A DNA stretch of 63,791 nucleotides, counting the filler, from Octopus bimaculoides (Eukaryota): NCBI RefSeq assembly GCF_001194135.2. It is 8 parts of 8 records of this genome, joined end to end, with 100 filler letters (N's around TTAATTAATTAA, not from the genome) between each part and the next. Parts side by side here need not be neighbours in the genome. Positions count along the whole stretch, not along the records: positions 1 to 11,649 come from NC_068981.1; positions 11,750 to 19,491 come from NC_068983.1; 6 more parts are not named here. The stretch is one strand, 5' to 3'. The notes under the pieces are model-generated. The model had not been told where the DNA came from and did not search any database. It was given only the letters and a program-made list of their open reading frames with translations. A program made the position numbers and the translations under genes. Below, piece by piece: positions 1-13,144 of the stretch. Position 1 is the stretch's first letter. Every line of letters begins with the position of its first letter.

Positions 1-587
1 ACAATAAAGGGAATGAATCGTGGTTTAATTGTCTTTGGGCAGGATTCGAACTCACAATGTTTCAGAAACGAAAGCAAATATTGTAACGTATTTCTTTTGT
101 TAAATATAAATTGAAGAGTCAGAAAAAAAAAAAACGTTTAGTATGTTATTTTATTTCTTCCTTCCCGTCATCGTTTAACGGAAACAGGATATTAAAATAT
201 TTCCGTTTTTAAATTGAAAATTTCTATCGACAAAACTTTCTTGAACGTGAGACATCTACCTTTCAAACGTGTATTTTATGCATAGTTTCCTCAAGCAGAT
301 ATAATGACGCAAATTGATTTTTCTTCACTTCAAATAATGACACGAATTCATTTTTCTTTTTTTTTTTATATTCAATGTCTCGGTCTGACGTTCTAACATT
401 TTAACATGCTCTCCTCTCTCACTCTTTCCGCCCCATTCTCGCCCTCTTTCTACCTCTCTGTCTCTCTTTCTCCCTCACTGTCTGTCTTTCTCTCTTTCTT
501 GCACCCTCCTCTCTCAATATTCTATCAGCATATCAATATCATAACATTAGTCTTGTTACAAATTAATATAGCTATACGGTTTACTCC

Positions 588-1010
588 TGTATGTATGTAT
601 GTATGTATGTATGTATGTATGTATGTATGTATGTATGTATGTATGTATATATGTATGTATGTATACACACACACCTACGCACACGCACACACACACACAA
701 ATATATACAGAGATTTATACACATATATATGCATGTATGTGTAAGTGGAAAAGCTTGTATGATCGGACGTCACTGTGTATTACTGAGTGCGTGTGTTTGA
801 CCGTTCTATTTGATCGTTCAGTACGAATACACTGCCCACAGAAGATGTATGTATGTATGTCTGTATGTATGTATGTATTTATGTATGTATGTATGTATGT
901 ATGTATGTATGTATGTATGTATGTATGTATATATGTATGTGTGGGTGTTCGTGTGTCTGCGTGTGTGTGTGTTTGTGTGTGTGCGTGTTTGTGTGTGTTC
1001 GTATACAAGC
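588..1010. repeat. (TATG)n / (CA)n / (TG)n microsatellite cluster, representative of dozens across the window
   Basis: Read directly; explains the MYVC, YIYI and THTH ORFs. Confidence 0.95.
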
Positions 1011-1291
1011 GTATAAATATGTTTATATAAATTTTTGTTATGTAATAGTTTTACTGCTTTCAGGTCGTTACTCTGTGAACATCGTGGAGTAGAACATTAA
1101 ATGGTATAAAACATTGCATCGATACCAGTACTAGTCGGGTATATGTCGGGTACTCTCGACCTCGGAAGAATGAAAAGCAAATGTAAGATTAGAACATAAT
1201 CAAATACAAGATGTTCTGTTCTGTACTATACCAATGCACCATTCATATAAGCTTACATACGAACCTTCGTATGAATGTGTGTGCGTGTGTG

Positions 1292-1346
<55 letters not shown>

Positions 1347-1930
1347 ATGTAGATGTAGATATGTACATACATGTATGTATATATGCATATACTCACATAT
1401 TATTTGTATTATTATATTATCGAACGCACGCGTCCTTTTTGCAAGTAAGTTTTAACTTTAGATTTCTGACGCGACTCTATCTATCTTTGTATCTTTCTCC
1501 CCCTCTCGTTCTTCCTTTACAAAGTAACACAATGAAGTTTGGACAAAGATTTTATACCACCAGGCGAGGGGTTGTGCTATGGGTACCCCCATGGCAATTA
1601 ATTTCCCTAATGTTTTCATGACGCACTTCGAGACACATTTGCTGAAGACTTTCAAATACCTACATTGTAATGAACTAATATTCTGGTTACAGTTCATTGC
1701 TGACATGTTTTGCAACTGGATCACAAGATAGTTTTATTGACCTATGGCATTCCTGTGACTGTTATGCTAAAAACTATGGCTTTAAGTCCAACATAAAATT
1801 TATGTTTAGTTTTTCACAAACTAGCGCTGACTTTCTAGACACAAAACGTATAGAAAGTTAAAGAAGTGATTTTAAATTCTCAATCGCAGAATAATGCTAA
1901 TAATATAGCCTGAACAGGATAAACTATCCC

Positions 1931-2052
1931 TAATTTGCAGAGAAAAGTGTAGGTGGCTAGCTGTGGACTCGAACTCACATCCCCGTGATTACATGACACG
2001 ATGCTTTAACCGATTAAGCTAAAGTACTCACTACAAATTTCTCTGCAAATTA
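1931..2052 (-). other. tRNA-like sequence enclosed by 15-bp perfect inverted repeats
   Basis: taatttgcagagaaa ... tttctctgcaaatta. The interior (minus strand) has an A-box/D-arm GCTT-AATCGGTTA-AAGC, an anticodon-like arm around CATGTAA and a B-box GAGTTCGAGTCC. Confidence 0.65.
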
Positions 2053-2420
2053 TGATATATAAATCTCGCTTTATGAGAGGCTCTCATATGTTAAACTCAA
2101 ATTACGACAAACGTAAATAAACAAAAGAAGTTTGCTTTTAGAAGCGTTGTGTTTTCTGGAGGCAGAATAGTATCAAAGTTTCTTTTTTGCTAGTTTAAAG
2201 CTGAACTTTGAAGACTGATGATGTAATTCCATCAACGTGGATGCTGGTTGTTCTCGTTCATATTTTGGATTTCAATTTCTATAATTTTGAATTCTTATGA
2301 CTTTTCATTTTGAACTCGACAAAGACAGGCTTGCTGCCGAAATATCGTTCAAACAATAAAATATCTATTGCGATCGCATCGCGCTCTTCGTATTGTCTGT
2401 TATCATTATCATCATCATCA

Positions 2421-2484
<64 letters not shown>

Positions 2485-2487
<3 letters not shown>

Positions 2488-2680
2488 GGCAGCAAGCTGA
2501 CAGAATCTTTAGCACGCTGAGGAAATGCTTAACGGTATTTCGCCCATCGCTACTTTCTGAGTTCAAATTCCGCCGAGGTCGACTTTGCTTTTCCATCCTT
2601 TCGGGCTCGATAAATCAAGTACCAGTATATAATCAACTTAGCCCCTCTCTCAAAAATAGCTGCTCATTATTATAAGGAAT
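2485..2680 (+). mobile_element. SINE-like family B copy. Further copies or fragments at ~11585(+), 12440(-), 18550(-), 26120(-), 34568(+), 49725(-), 55765(+), 58800(-), 61270(-), 61620(-)
   Basis: Shared block ttctgagttcaaattccgccgaggtcgactttgc...ataaattaagtaccagt with a B-box-like GAGTTCAAATTCC. Confidence 0.75.
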
Positions 2681-2757
2681 AAAAAGTTTCGAATGGTACA
2701 ACAATGCACTATAATACAAACAATGGGTTATATACCTGTTGTAATTTAGTCATCCAT

Positions 2758-2799
2758 AGTCTGATGATATTTCGGAATAAAATTCCTTCTTCAGATATT
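2758..2799 (-). ncRNA. Minimal hammerhead motif with intact core
   Basis: Minus strand: CTGAAGA A GGAAT-TTT-ATTCC GAAA T-ATC-A TC (AUC triplet); stem I pairs only partly. Confidence 0.55.
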
Positions 2800-3977
2800 T
2801 TTAGATGGAGTCGCTGCTATAATCGGTTTTCCAACGGCTTTTAGTAAAAATTGCCAATAACATTATTAATGATATGCCGAAAAATGAATCTTTATTCACT
2901 TTTACATTAGGTAATTAGGATCATCTCAATGCTTTTATTGTAGAATAATTAAAATTTTTATTAAAAAACAACAAAAACAACAAAAGAAGACGGACTCAAC
3001 TGCAAAATGGCGATACCAAATGGGCATTTGTTGAAGAAGTGGTACCAAAAGGCTCTAAATCAGAGGCACTAAATTGCCGACGCCAAAACGTCTCTAAACC
3101 AATTCCCTGCTGCCGAACAAGCGAGGCAAGATATTACTAAATCTCATTAACATAATTTGGCTTTTGGTACAATAGACCGACGTATTTATCGCAGTCACAT
3201 ACACACAAGTCTCTGAATGAGCTATCCTCTAACCAGGCGTCTGCTGCTTTGCTTTTACTTTTGGCTTTCTTTATCACATTTCCCAGTGGTCATTATTGAC
3301 GGAGTTTGACTTCATTTGCCAACGAACTAGTCGTCTTTCTATAATGAGCTGGTCTTACAATGAAATTATAACTCGTAGTGAAGATAAACTCTATTAGTAA
3401 ACTGTGTAACTTACTAAGCATAGATACTTAACTGAAAATGAACATTTTCGGTTTCCACACGGAGCATCTAGTTATGTGTGTCTGTGTGCGTGCATGCCTG
3501 CGTCCGTGTGTGTGTGTGTGTGTGGGCGTGCGTGCGTGTGTGTGCGCACGCGTAAACTTGATTATATGATCGATTGAATCCGCAATTAAGAATGAACTTA
3601 TTGTAACAGAATTTGTTGAATTCATTCAATGTTTCCTTACAAACTCGCCAATCGGTTCAATTATCGAATCAGCAAAGAAAACTGTTGACACGTAAATTGA
3701 AGTACATGTCTAGTTTTTAGAGAGACATTGAATACATACATGTATATATATATATATATANNNNNNNNNNNNNNNNNNNNNNNNNNNNNNNNNNNNNNNN
3801 NNNNNNNNNNNNNNNNNNNNNNNNNNNNNNNNNNNNNNNNNNNNNNNNNNNNNNNNNNNNNNNNNNNNNNNNNNNNNNNNNNNNNNNNNNNNNNNNNNNN
3901 NNNNNNNNNNNNNNNNNNNNNNNNNNNNNNNNNNNNNNNNNNNNNNNNNNNNNNNNNNNNNNNNNNNNNNNNNNNNN

Positions 3978-4205
3978 GGTGTATTAGTTTGACGCTCGGG
4001 TAAAATGAAAAAGTCTTGATAGATCGCTGACCACTACATTTATATTTTTTTCTCCTTGTTTCTCTCCTTATTTCTTTCTGTGTTCCTTTCAGTTGAAGAG
4101 CGTAGCTCGAAACGTCAAAGACTTTCTCTATTCCCGAGTGTTAAACTAATACATCCATTTGTTGTTTACACCACCTGTTTTCGTCTGTTGTTTTTTTCGT
4201 AAATT
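3978..4205 (+). mobile_element. Non-autonomous PLE-type terminal repeat with a degenerate hammerhead and an upstream inverted fragment
   Basis: CAGTTGA A GAGC-GTA-GCTC GAAA CGTC at 4090-4116; 3978-4019 is an imperfect revcomp of 4115-4156; flanked by TA-rich repeats. Confidence 0.6.
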
Positions 4206-4270
4206 CTCCCATATATTTATATATTTGTTTGTTTATAGTTTCAGCTTAGAGCTGCGGCCATACTGATGCA

Positions 4271-5144
4271 CCGGGTACCCAAAAGAAACCGGAACTTTGC
4301 AATATTATTTTACTTAGGTTTACATGTTTACAATTTTAACGCCTTCTAAATATTTTCCATTTGAAGTAATGTATCGGTCCAAGCGCGTTTTCCACTATTC
4401 GAAGCAGTGCGGGAACTCTTGCAAAGTCATCCCTTTTAACGCCTCCATGTTTTTTCTTCACCTCGTCCAAATCTGCAAATTCCGTTGCACCAGCTTTCGT
4501 TACCAGTGATGATCTTTGCAAAAGGTCTAAATCAACTTCCAACTGTTCTTTCAGTTCACGACACGCATTCAGTCGTGATGGCTTTTGATCTTCTGTGAGT
4601 AAGCGAGGCACACATTTTGCTGCAACACTTTTCATTTGAATTCCTCGCTCAAAGTTCGTTTCCAGGAGCTCCAGGACACACCAGTTATATCGACAACTTC
4701 GTCAATTGTTTGGTGACGTTCCTCCAAGATCAGTTCCTGAAATTTCATGATGTTTTCATTCGCTCGGGAGGTTGACGGTTTCCCTGAACGAGGTTGGTTT
4801 TCAAGCGACAAGTTACCACTCGTAAAACGTGGAAACCACTTGTGCTTTGTTCTTGGCAGCGTCCTTGTAATCTGTTTAAAGTATGACAACTGTTTCGGCC
4901 GCCGTTTTCCCCAGCAGAAAACAGAATTTCACGGAAGTACGCTTTCCCTTCTTTTCAGCCATCTCAACAATCGACGAACTGGGAAGAGGCACTGCAAATC
5001 AAAGACGCACCACGTGACATTACGATGCCGGTCGGCAGACTAATGCCTGAGAGCTGCAAGTTATAGCTCTTAGCGGCAGAAGCCTGAATTACAACGGGCA
5101 TGTCCAACAAAGAATGTTTCCGGTTACTTTTGGGTACACCCACG
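4271..5144 (-). mobile_element. Internally deleted mariner transposon remnant
   Basis: Imperfect TIRs (gggtacccaaaagaaaccggaa at ~4273; revcomp gtacccaaaagtaaccggaaa at ~5117-5137, followed by TA). Minus-strand translation gives mariner N-terminal motifs (SLENQPRSGKPST; CVPRLLT, equivalent to WVPRLL). Most of the DDD domain is deleted. Confidence 0.85.
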
Positions 5145-5147
5145 TAT

Positions 5148-5180
<33 letters not shown>

Positions 5181-5480
5181 TATATATANNNNNNNNNNNN
5201 NNNNNNNNNNNNNNNNNNNNNNNNNNNNNNNNNNNNNNNNNNNNNNNNNNNNNNNNNNNNNNNNNNNNNNNNNNNNNNNNNNNNNNNNNNNNNNNNNNNN
5301 NNNNNNNNNNNNNNNNNNNNNNNNNNNNNNNNNNNNNNNNNNNNNNNNNNNNNNNNNNNNNNNNNNNNNNNNNNNNNNNNNNNNNNNNNNNNNNNNNNNN
5401 NNNNNNNNNNNNNNNNNNNNNNNNNNNNNNNNNNNNNNNNNNNNNNNNNNNNNNNNNNNNNNNNNNNNNNNNNNNNNNNN

Positions 5481-5522
<42 letters not shown>

Positions 5523-6197
5523 AAGGATAAAAATCACGTTAATGATTTTTGTCAGGTAATCAGCATGTTATAATAACAATTTATAGGCAATTTATACATT
5601 AAATTAATAATAATATACATATGTATATAATTACATTAAGGGAACAAGGGCGACAACGATCTATCTCTAACATGCTTGAAGTGCCGGTACCTTAATAAAA
5701 CTACCAAAACCTCTAGATAAACATGCACACGACTGAAAGCGGGCTAGTGAAAATAATATTAAAAAGGCCTGGATTAAAGCCCCAAAATAAGCTTTCTTCC
5801 TTCGTCAACACAATACACGGGAAAATATAAATACAAATAATTGCGCATACCGTCCAAAGCACGTTCACACATCTACATACAAGTATTTGCACGTCAAATT
5901 TAAATTCCCTCACAACAGCCACGCTTATATTATAAGAATAGTTATGCAGTAAATGCTATTCCGGTCAGGTGTAAAAATAATTAAAGCTTATAAAGAAAGA
6001 TTATTTTTGGCTTTAATTCAGAAATCGGAACCAATTCACAATTAACGTGAGACCTTTTTAATATTCTTTCACAAGCCCGCTTCAGCCATGTGTATATTTA
6101 TCTGGAGTTTTTGGTAGTTTATATATATGTATATATANNNNNNNNNNNNNNNNNNNNNNNNNNNNNNNNNNNNNNNNNNNNNNNNNNNNNNNNNNNN

Positions 6198-6244
<47 letters not shown>

Positions 6245-6272
6245 GAAAGAGAGAGAGAGAAAGAGAGAGAGA

Positions 6273-6342
<70 letters not shown>

Positions 6343-7588
6343 GTTTCTACATGGCCTGCATGTAGAAAATTCTAGTTTTGGCTACGGTATTTCTTTTCTA
6401 CTCATGAAATAGAGCAATCGGGACAAAATATATAGCGAAGAAAGGCCAAGGATTGCGATGGTTGTGGGAGAAGTTCCAAGACTCCTGAGGAAGTTGTGAT
6501 TAGCCTCCAGCTTGAATTCTTAGAGTCATTAATTATCTTGTAGAAAGGAAATGGACACAGATAGAATTGTAAAGGATTGCATTTCGTGGAGGTAAAAATG
6601 GATAAAATGTTTAGAACTGAATATTGACGTGAGTAGCAGCAGAGATTCGAAAAAGTGACCAGTGTTTCACTTGGGTCTAGTTAAAGACCTATTTAGTTTT
6701 ATTTACGCTTTTGTGTTATCATATGTTGCAAATGCTCTGGTTGTGGATGATCAATGAGAAAATGTAATAATTGTACTATTGATATTGGCCATATGGAATT
6801 TATTAATTGTCTTTTAAATTTGATCAAGAAATTTATATTTTCGTTATGTTCTAATAAATTATTATTACTAGATTATGACTGACATGATATATGTTATTTA
6901 ATTAAGGATTGATAACATACTTCTGTTCAATAGCTTGGTGTATGTGTTTTGATATATTATTAAATCTGACGTACGTTTTTTTCAAAACTTTAATGGGCGC
7001 CATATTTATGGTATTTCTTACATTAAACTTGGTTTCTGTGTTGTAAAATTTGATGTAAATAATTATTTGAATGTCTTTTGTTAACTTCGATTATTGTAAT
7101 CAATTAATTTCTACATGTTGCTGCTTTTATGGAGAAATATTTAAAGACCATTCGGAATTGAGATTTTATTACTTAAATTTTATTGTTTGTACAGACATTC
7201 GGTATCACCGCATAAGAAGAGTAACAATTTTCGTTTTGTATGTATGTGCTTATGTTGGAATGTGATATTCGATATGTATTTTGTTTTAACATTTTATTAT
7301 GTATGTATGTATGTATGTATGTATGTTTGTATGTATGTATGTATGTATGTATGTATGTATGTATGTATGTATGCATGCATGTATGTATGTATATGTACTC
7401 ACAAGTGCACCCACAAACGCACATAAGCACACACACGTACATAAGCACACACACGTACAGATATTTATATTATATAACACAGTTGTCGAATAGACTGAAT
7501 CTTTGTCTATGAGATTTTAGACATTTAAATAAAACGAAGTTTCTGTTCACACACACACACACACACACATACACATACACACACACAC

Positions 7589-7647
<59 letters not shown>

Positions 7648-8879
7648 TGCATGCACAAACGCACACATATATGAGAGGCTGTTTATTAATACGTCTGGCA
7701 AGCAATGAATTGAACATCTTCCACACTGACTGTTTTAGAAACGCAGTGGCGGTAGCTGATTGGGCAGAATTCCCAAGTGTGGTATGTTGGACAGAGCAAA
7801 GTCTATAAAGCATGTTCTGTATTCTAATCTAGTGATTTCTGTGATGAGTGAGCCAAGTTCAAAGAACGCCTTTTGGAGTTATTCCCAAATCTATTTTCTG
7901 CGGACAACTTGATAGATCATCCGTGTCTCATATCTATTGAGTGACGTCTGCAAAGCATACACAATCTCTGAGGCAATGAATGTCGATACCTTATTGGGAA
8001 CATAGGAAATAGACTGATGACGATGCAATATTCTCGTGAAGATGGATTTCGATCTGAGAGCATAATACTAAGTCGACAAATGACTTTGGTGAAAATATGT
8101 GACTTTCGAACATGGCATCACTCATTTAGTCATGCCCTCCCTCCTTCGCTCACTTCTTTACTCATTCATCTGTTTCTCCCTCAGTTATCTCTTCATTTAC
8201 CCCCTTCACTTATATACCCACTCTGTCATGTAGTCACTGTAGTCACTCTCTCAATTCTCTACTCACAGGCTGACTAACTGACTAAATCACGCATTCTCTT
8301 TCTTACTCAACAGTCTTTCACAATTTCACTTTTTCTCTCATTTCCTCACACCGTCACTCACTTATACACCCTCTCACTCTTTCATTTTCTCTATGAAGCT
8401 TTTACTCAATCATTCAATCATTCACTGTTTCATTAATTTCCTCACCTGCTCCCTCCCTCCCTCCNNNNNNNNNNNNNNNNNNNNNNNNNNNNNNNNNNNN
8501 NNNNNNNNNNNNNNNNNNNNNNNNNNNNNNNNNNNNNNNNNNNNNNNNNNNNNNNNNNNNNNNNNNNNNNNNNNNNNNNNNNNNNNNNNNNNNNNNNNNN
8601 NNNNNNNNNNNNNNNNNNNNNNNNNNNNNNNNNNNNNNNNNNNNNNNNNNNNNNNNNNNNNNNNNNNNNNNNNNNNNNNNNNNNNNNNNNNNNNNNNNNN
8701 NNNNNNNNNNNNNNNNNNNNNNNNNNNNNNNNNNNNNNNNNNNNNNNNNNNNNNNNNNNNNNNNNNNNNNNNNNNNNNNNNNNNNNNNNNNNNNNNNNNN
8801 NNNNNNNNNNNNNNNNNNNNNNNNNNNNNNNNNNNNNNNNNNNNNNNNNNNNNNNNNNNNNNNNNNNNNNNNNNNNNNN

Positions 8880-9135
8880 CACTCACTCACTCACTCACTC
8901 ACTCACTCACTCACTCACTCACTCATTCACTCACTCACTCGGTCACTCAATTACTCACTCACTCACTCACTCGGTCACTCAATTTCTCACTCACTCACTC
9001 ACTCACTCACTCACTCACTCACTCACTCACTCACTCACTCATTCACTCGCTCGTTCACTCACTCACTCATTCACTCACCCACTCACTCACTAACTCACTC
9101 ACTCACTCACTCACTCAATCACTCACTCACTCATC
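8880..9135. repeat. (CACT)n microsatellite
   Basis: Read directly from the sequence. Confidence 0.95.
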
Positions 9136-11484
9136 TTATTATTAATTCACTCACACTCTTTCTCTTTCCTTCGTCACGGGAAAAAGGCAAAGTTTTCGCA
9201 CGTCAATTAATGTTAAGATCAAATATCTTTGTATCAATATGTGCCGCAAAATCGTGCATGAGGAAGATTATCTCTGATAAGAAATAGGCTAGAACCTGGA
9301 GAACAAAATGCAGTATGAGCAATACAAAAAGAGAGATTGGTGTGTCGATGGACTCAGAAGATATAGATAGGGGCAGAGAACATAAGGTACGACTGAATAA
9401 TGAGAGAGAGGGTGGTTCGGAGTGGGCACTATGCATCTACTAGCTACCTCTACTAGCTAGCAGTTGTAGTGAGTGGGTCAATATTTGCCAATCAATTGAC
9501 TAACGTTCTTTTGGCTGAGGCCTTGGTCTACAATGTTTATGCAAGGTACGGAAGCAGTAATCTATTAAGGATTTTACGAGTGCATATCAGCTGAAGTATT
9601 TAGAGTAGGAAGGAAAGGTTGTGAGGTCTAACGCTTGTAGTGATTTCCAATGTTTTATTTATGCATTTTGGAAGTTAATTGATATGAAGTGCAAAATTGT
9701 ATCCTTGACATGAACAATAGTAATGTCTCTGAGTTATAGAAACAGACTTTGGTGGATGAACTTTGAAGTCAACCAAGATGATGACTACAAAGATGATAAG
9801 TTTCCTTAATACAGAATGCACTGAAACAGTTACTGTTGCCCAAAGAAACTCAAAATGTGGTTGAAGAAAAAAGTTGAGTTTCAGTAACTAGAAATCTATG
9901 TTGATATCAAGTTAAAGAAAGATGAATAGCTAAGTGGTTGGATTTGGATACGCACTAACTTTTTGTTTCTGATTGTATTTAAAATATAGATAGTAGCCTG
10001 CATAAAAAAGATGGGCTATGTCTGTGGTTTGATAGATATGCACCTTTGTAAGAAGTCAGAATTGTGGATTACATTATTATAAGAAATGATGGATCGGATC
10101 CATATCAGACCGAAGGCCACGAATGCTCATAAGGAGATGAGCAAATTGTCCAGTGGATTAACTGTTCTTTTCTAATTTTGTTTAATTGTTCATAATATAC
10201 TTATAAAAAGATTTAATGAAAGTTGGGAAGGAAGAGGAAGCTAAAACTCATGAGTTATCGTTAACTACTTATTCGATCTTTAAGTATTTCATTTGGTCGT
10301 GAATGACTGCTGGTGGTCAGCCTCTGAAAATCATGGTCACAGTGGGTTGCCAGTCATAAACATTGAATTTGTAAATATATATTAGTAAATATAAATCTTT
10401 ACCGTGCATTTTATTTCGACTTGTGACTTACAAAAATAAATAAATAAATAAATAAATAAAAATAAAAATACTCTAGCGAACACAGATTTATGGGCTTACT
10501 CAACTTTTGGGAGTACAGGTGAATTAAAAGACATAATTCTGTCTGCAGAAAGTTGAACTCGGTACGTCGAAAGACAAATCTAAATGCATAATTCCAATAT
10601 TTTGCCAGCACATCAAAAGTTGTTAAATTTCTTTATTATTAGTTCTTACGTATTCGTTATCAACTCAACTCGGACAAGAGGCATGGACTGTAAAGCTAAC
10701 AAGGTTAATTTTTTTACCTTTACAAAGACTCGGAATGTAGAAAGATGGAATGAAATGTTCATCGCTGTTACGTAAACTATTGTACGCCGTTAGTTACTAT
10801 GCATTGGATGGATATGTTTCTGAAATATCTGGTACGTTTCCTGTGAATCACAATTTGTAAAATGTCATTAGCCACACTTACTCCTCAGTCATCGATGAAG
10901 TTTTAATATAAATATTTCGACGAAATAAGGCACTTCTTCATCTAATTTTATCTTTCATTCCGCAACAAGGCGATTGTCTGAATTTATAAACGAAATATTT
11001 CTACGTTTATTAAATGTCTCAGAGATCAAATACTTAGATTTTGTTCGTGTTGTTTAACCGTAAGCCAGACTAGATGTTGAAGATCTATGGTAAAGGCGGT
11101 CCAGATTGTACCATGCATCTATTTTCATACATGGTACATCTAGGAATACGTTATATGATACGCCCTTTTGTTTTAAGAGTGTAGTGCAGAATTTGAAGGA
11201 AATTAGCCTTACTCCTAGTAAAAAAGCCATTTAAATATAAACAGCAGCTAACAAGGGAAATAACTCCTGATAGAGTTCTCTCCCATAGAAAAGCTATCGT
11301 TCACGACATCCTTACGTATATACATGATTGACTTCAGTAATTTTCACAAGTAAATCAATATGTCCAGGACGACTATTTACTGGATGACATCCTATGCTTT
11401 AAAACATGTTTGAATATAGACTCTACAACATTTTTCACTGCATCACATTATCTTATTGTGATGCTAACTTACAGATTGCTGTTG

Positions 11485-11569
<85 letters not shown>

Positions 11570-12832
11570 CATCATCATCATCAGCATAGCGGTATTTCGT
11601 CTGCCGCTATGTTCTGAGTTCAAATTTCGGCGAGGTTGACTTTACCTTTNNNNNNNNNNNNNNNNNNNNNNNNNNNNNNNNNNNNNNNNNNNNTTAATTA
11701 ATTAANNNNNNNNNNNNNNNNNNNNNNNNNNNNNNNNNNNNNNNNNNNNATATATATATATATATATATAAGACATACGTATGTATATGTATGGACACAT
11801 ACATATACATACAGGCATGCATACCAAAACACCCAGCCCACGCACAAACACAAATTTGCATTATATTCATAGAAATGTGTATTATTGGTATTTACGACGT
11901 AGATTTAAAGTAGCATCGTAAGCTGTGTCTTAGGTTGCCGTGAGATGAATGATATAATATATCTGGCTAATTGATACCATAAAACTATTCTTATTTCATC
12001 GATTACCATCAATTTAAATCGTTCAATTTATAGGTAGCGAGGTGTTCAGTGTTATTTGTGCCTGTAACTGGAGCTTCTAATAGATTTTTAATTTATAAAC
12101 TAAATCATCACTCTCTTAAGAAAGTGAGAATGAGCAAACATTGGACTGTTATGCTGTAAGGAAAACTAGCAGATTCTATAGACCGATGATGATGTGGGTG
12201 TCTATCTTATAAGTCATAATTCTTTCTAATATAGACGCAATGTATAGAAATTTGAGAGAGAGGACAAGTCGATGTAAACTCCTCCAATGCTAATCTGGTA
12301 CATATCACGTCAATCACCAAAGAATTAATGGAATATATATAAAGAAATTTTCGAATTAGGTGGAATTTGAACTCTGAACAACAAGGCGGACCAAAAATCG
12401 CTAAGCTTTTTGTTCGTTGTCCTAACGATACTGCCAGCTCGCGACCTCTATTAGAGGCACAGGGCCTGAAGTTTTATAGGAGTCGATCAGTTCGTCCCCA
12501 GTGCTCAACTGGTTCTTATTTTATCGAATCGGAAAGGGTGAAGTGCAAAATCGGCCAGTGTGGGATTTGAACTCTGAACGTAACTTAATGATAATGATAG
12601 TGATAATAATGATAATAACAATGGTTTCAAATTTAGCCACAGGGGTAGTAACTTTTTTTCTTCTTTTTTTTTTGGCCGGAGAGATAAGTCAACTACATCT
12701 AACTCCAGTCTTCAACTGGTACTTAATTTATCGACTCGAAATACAAGTTTCACAGCGATTATGCTGTAAAATGTTACTGGAAAAGAGTAAATAATTCAAT
12801 GAAAGGAAGACAAAGAAAATCCTTTTATACAT

Positions 12833-12970
12833 CTTTAATTATAAGTTACAATTGTTTCCCGACAAGCTCTATTTGCAAGGCCAGTTTAGTAAATTTTCAT
12901 TTAGAATTTTGGCATAAACTGGCGTTAGAAATAGTGCTGGTACACAAACAATTGTAACCTATAATTAAAG
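12833..12970. mobile_element. MITE with ~25-bp TIRs
   Basis: ctttaattataagttacaattgttt ... aaacaattgtaacctataattaaag (1 mismatch), with an inner inverted pair gccagttta/taaactggc. Confidence 0.7.
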
Positions 12971-12977
12971 GTATGTA

Positions 12978-13040
<63 letters not shown>

Positions 13041-13076
13041 GGAATGTTCTACATAAACTGTCGATCTTTCACTCAC

Positions 13077-13144
13077 TTGGGTGTGTGGAAATGTGGGATC
13101 ACATAATCCGTCTAAATCGACTCCAGAATAAATTGTATAAATTG
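13077..13144 (-). CDS. Candidate minus-strand exon (IYTIYSGVDLDGLCDPTFPHTQ), product unknown
   Basis: Acceptor tattccttttatgcatttcag, donor gtgagt, one fully open frame. Confidence 0.3.

Noticed and set aside
591-1092. Long MYVC, YIYI, THTH, RERE and poly-L/I ORFs throughout the track
   Set aside because: They are translations of microsatellites; the ORFs with X runs are open only because of gaps.
5713-5922. Hydrophobic 69-aa minus-strand ORF
   Set aside because: There is no ATG start, the acceptor is weak and no motif is recognisable; T/G-rich strands give V/C/I/F-rich ORFs by chance.
7836-7975. TGATGA ... CTGA pair suggesting a C/D snoRNA
   Set aside because: There is no terminal stem or recognisable guide sequence; it is likely chance.
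9240-9800. Possible decayed LINE endonuclease on the minus strand (IILVDFKVH, similar to ILGDFNVH)
   Set aside because: A single weak motif is too little to annotate.
11694-11705. TTAATTAATTAA islands inside N runs (also ~19537, 36624, 47670, 56793, 59259, 62463)
   Set aside because: An identical 12-mer with stops in all frames, always centred in N padding, is an assembly spacer and not biological sequence.
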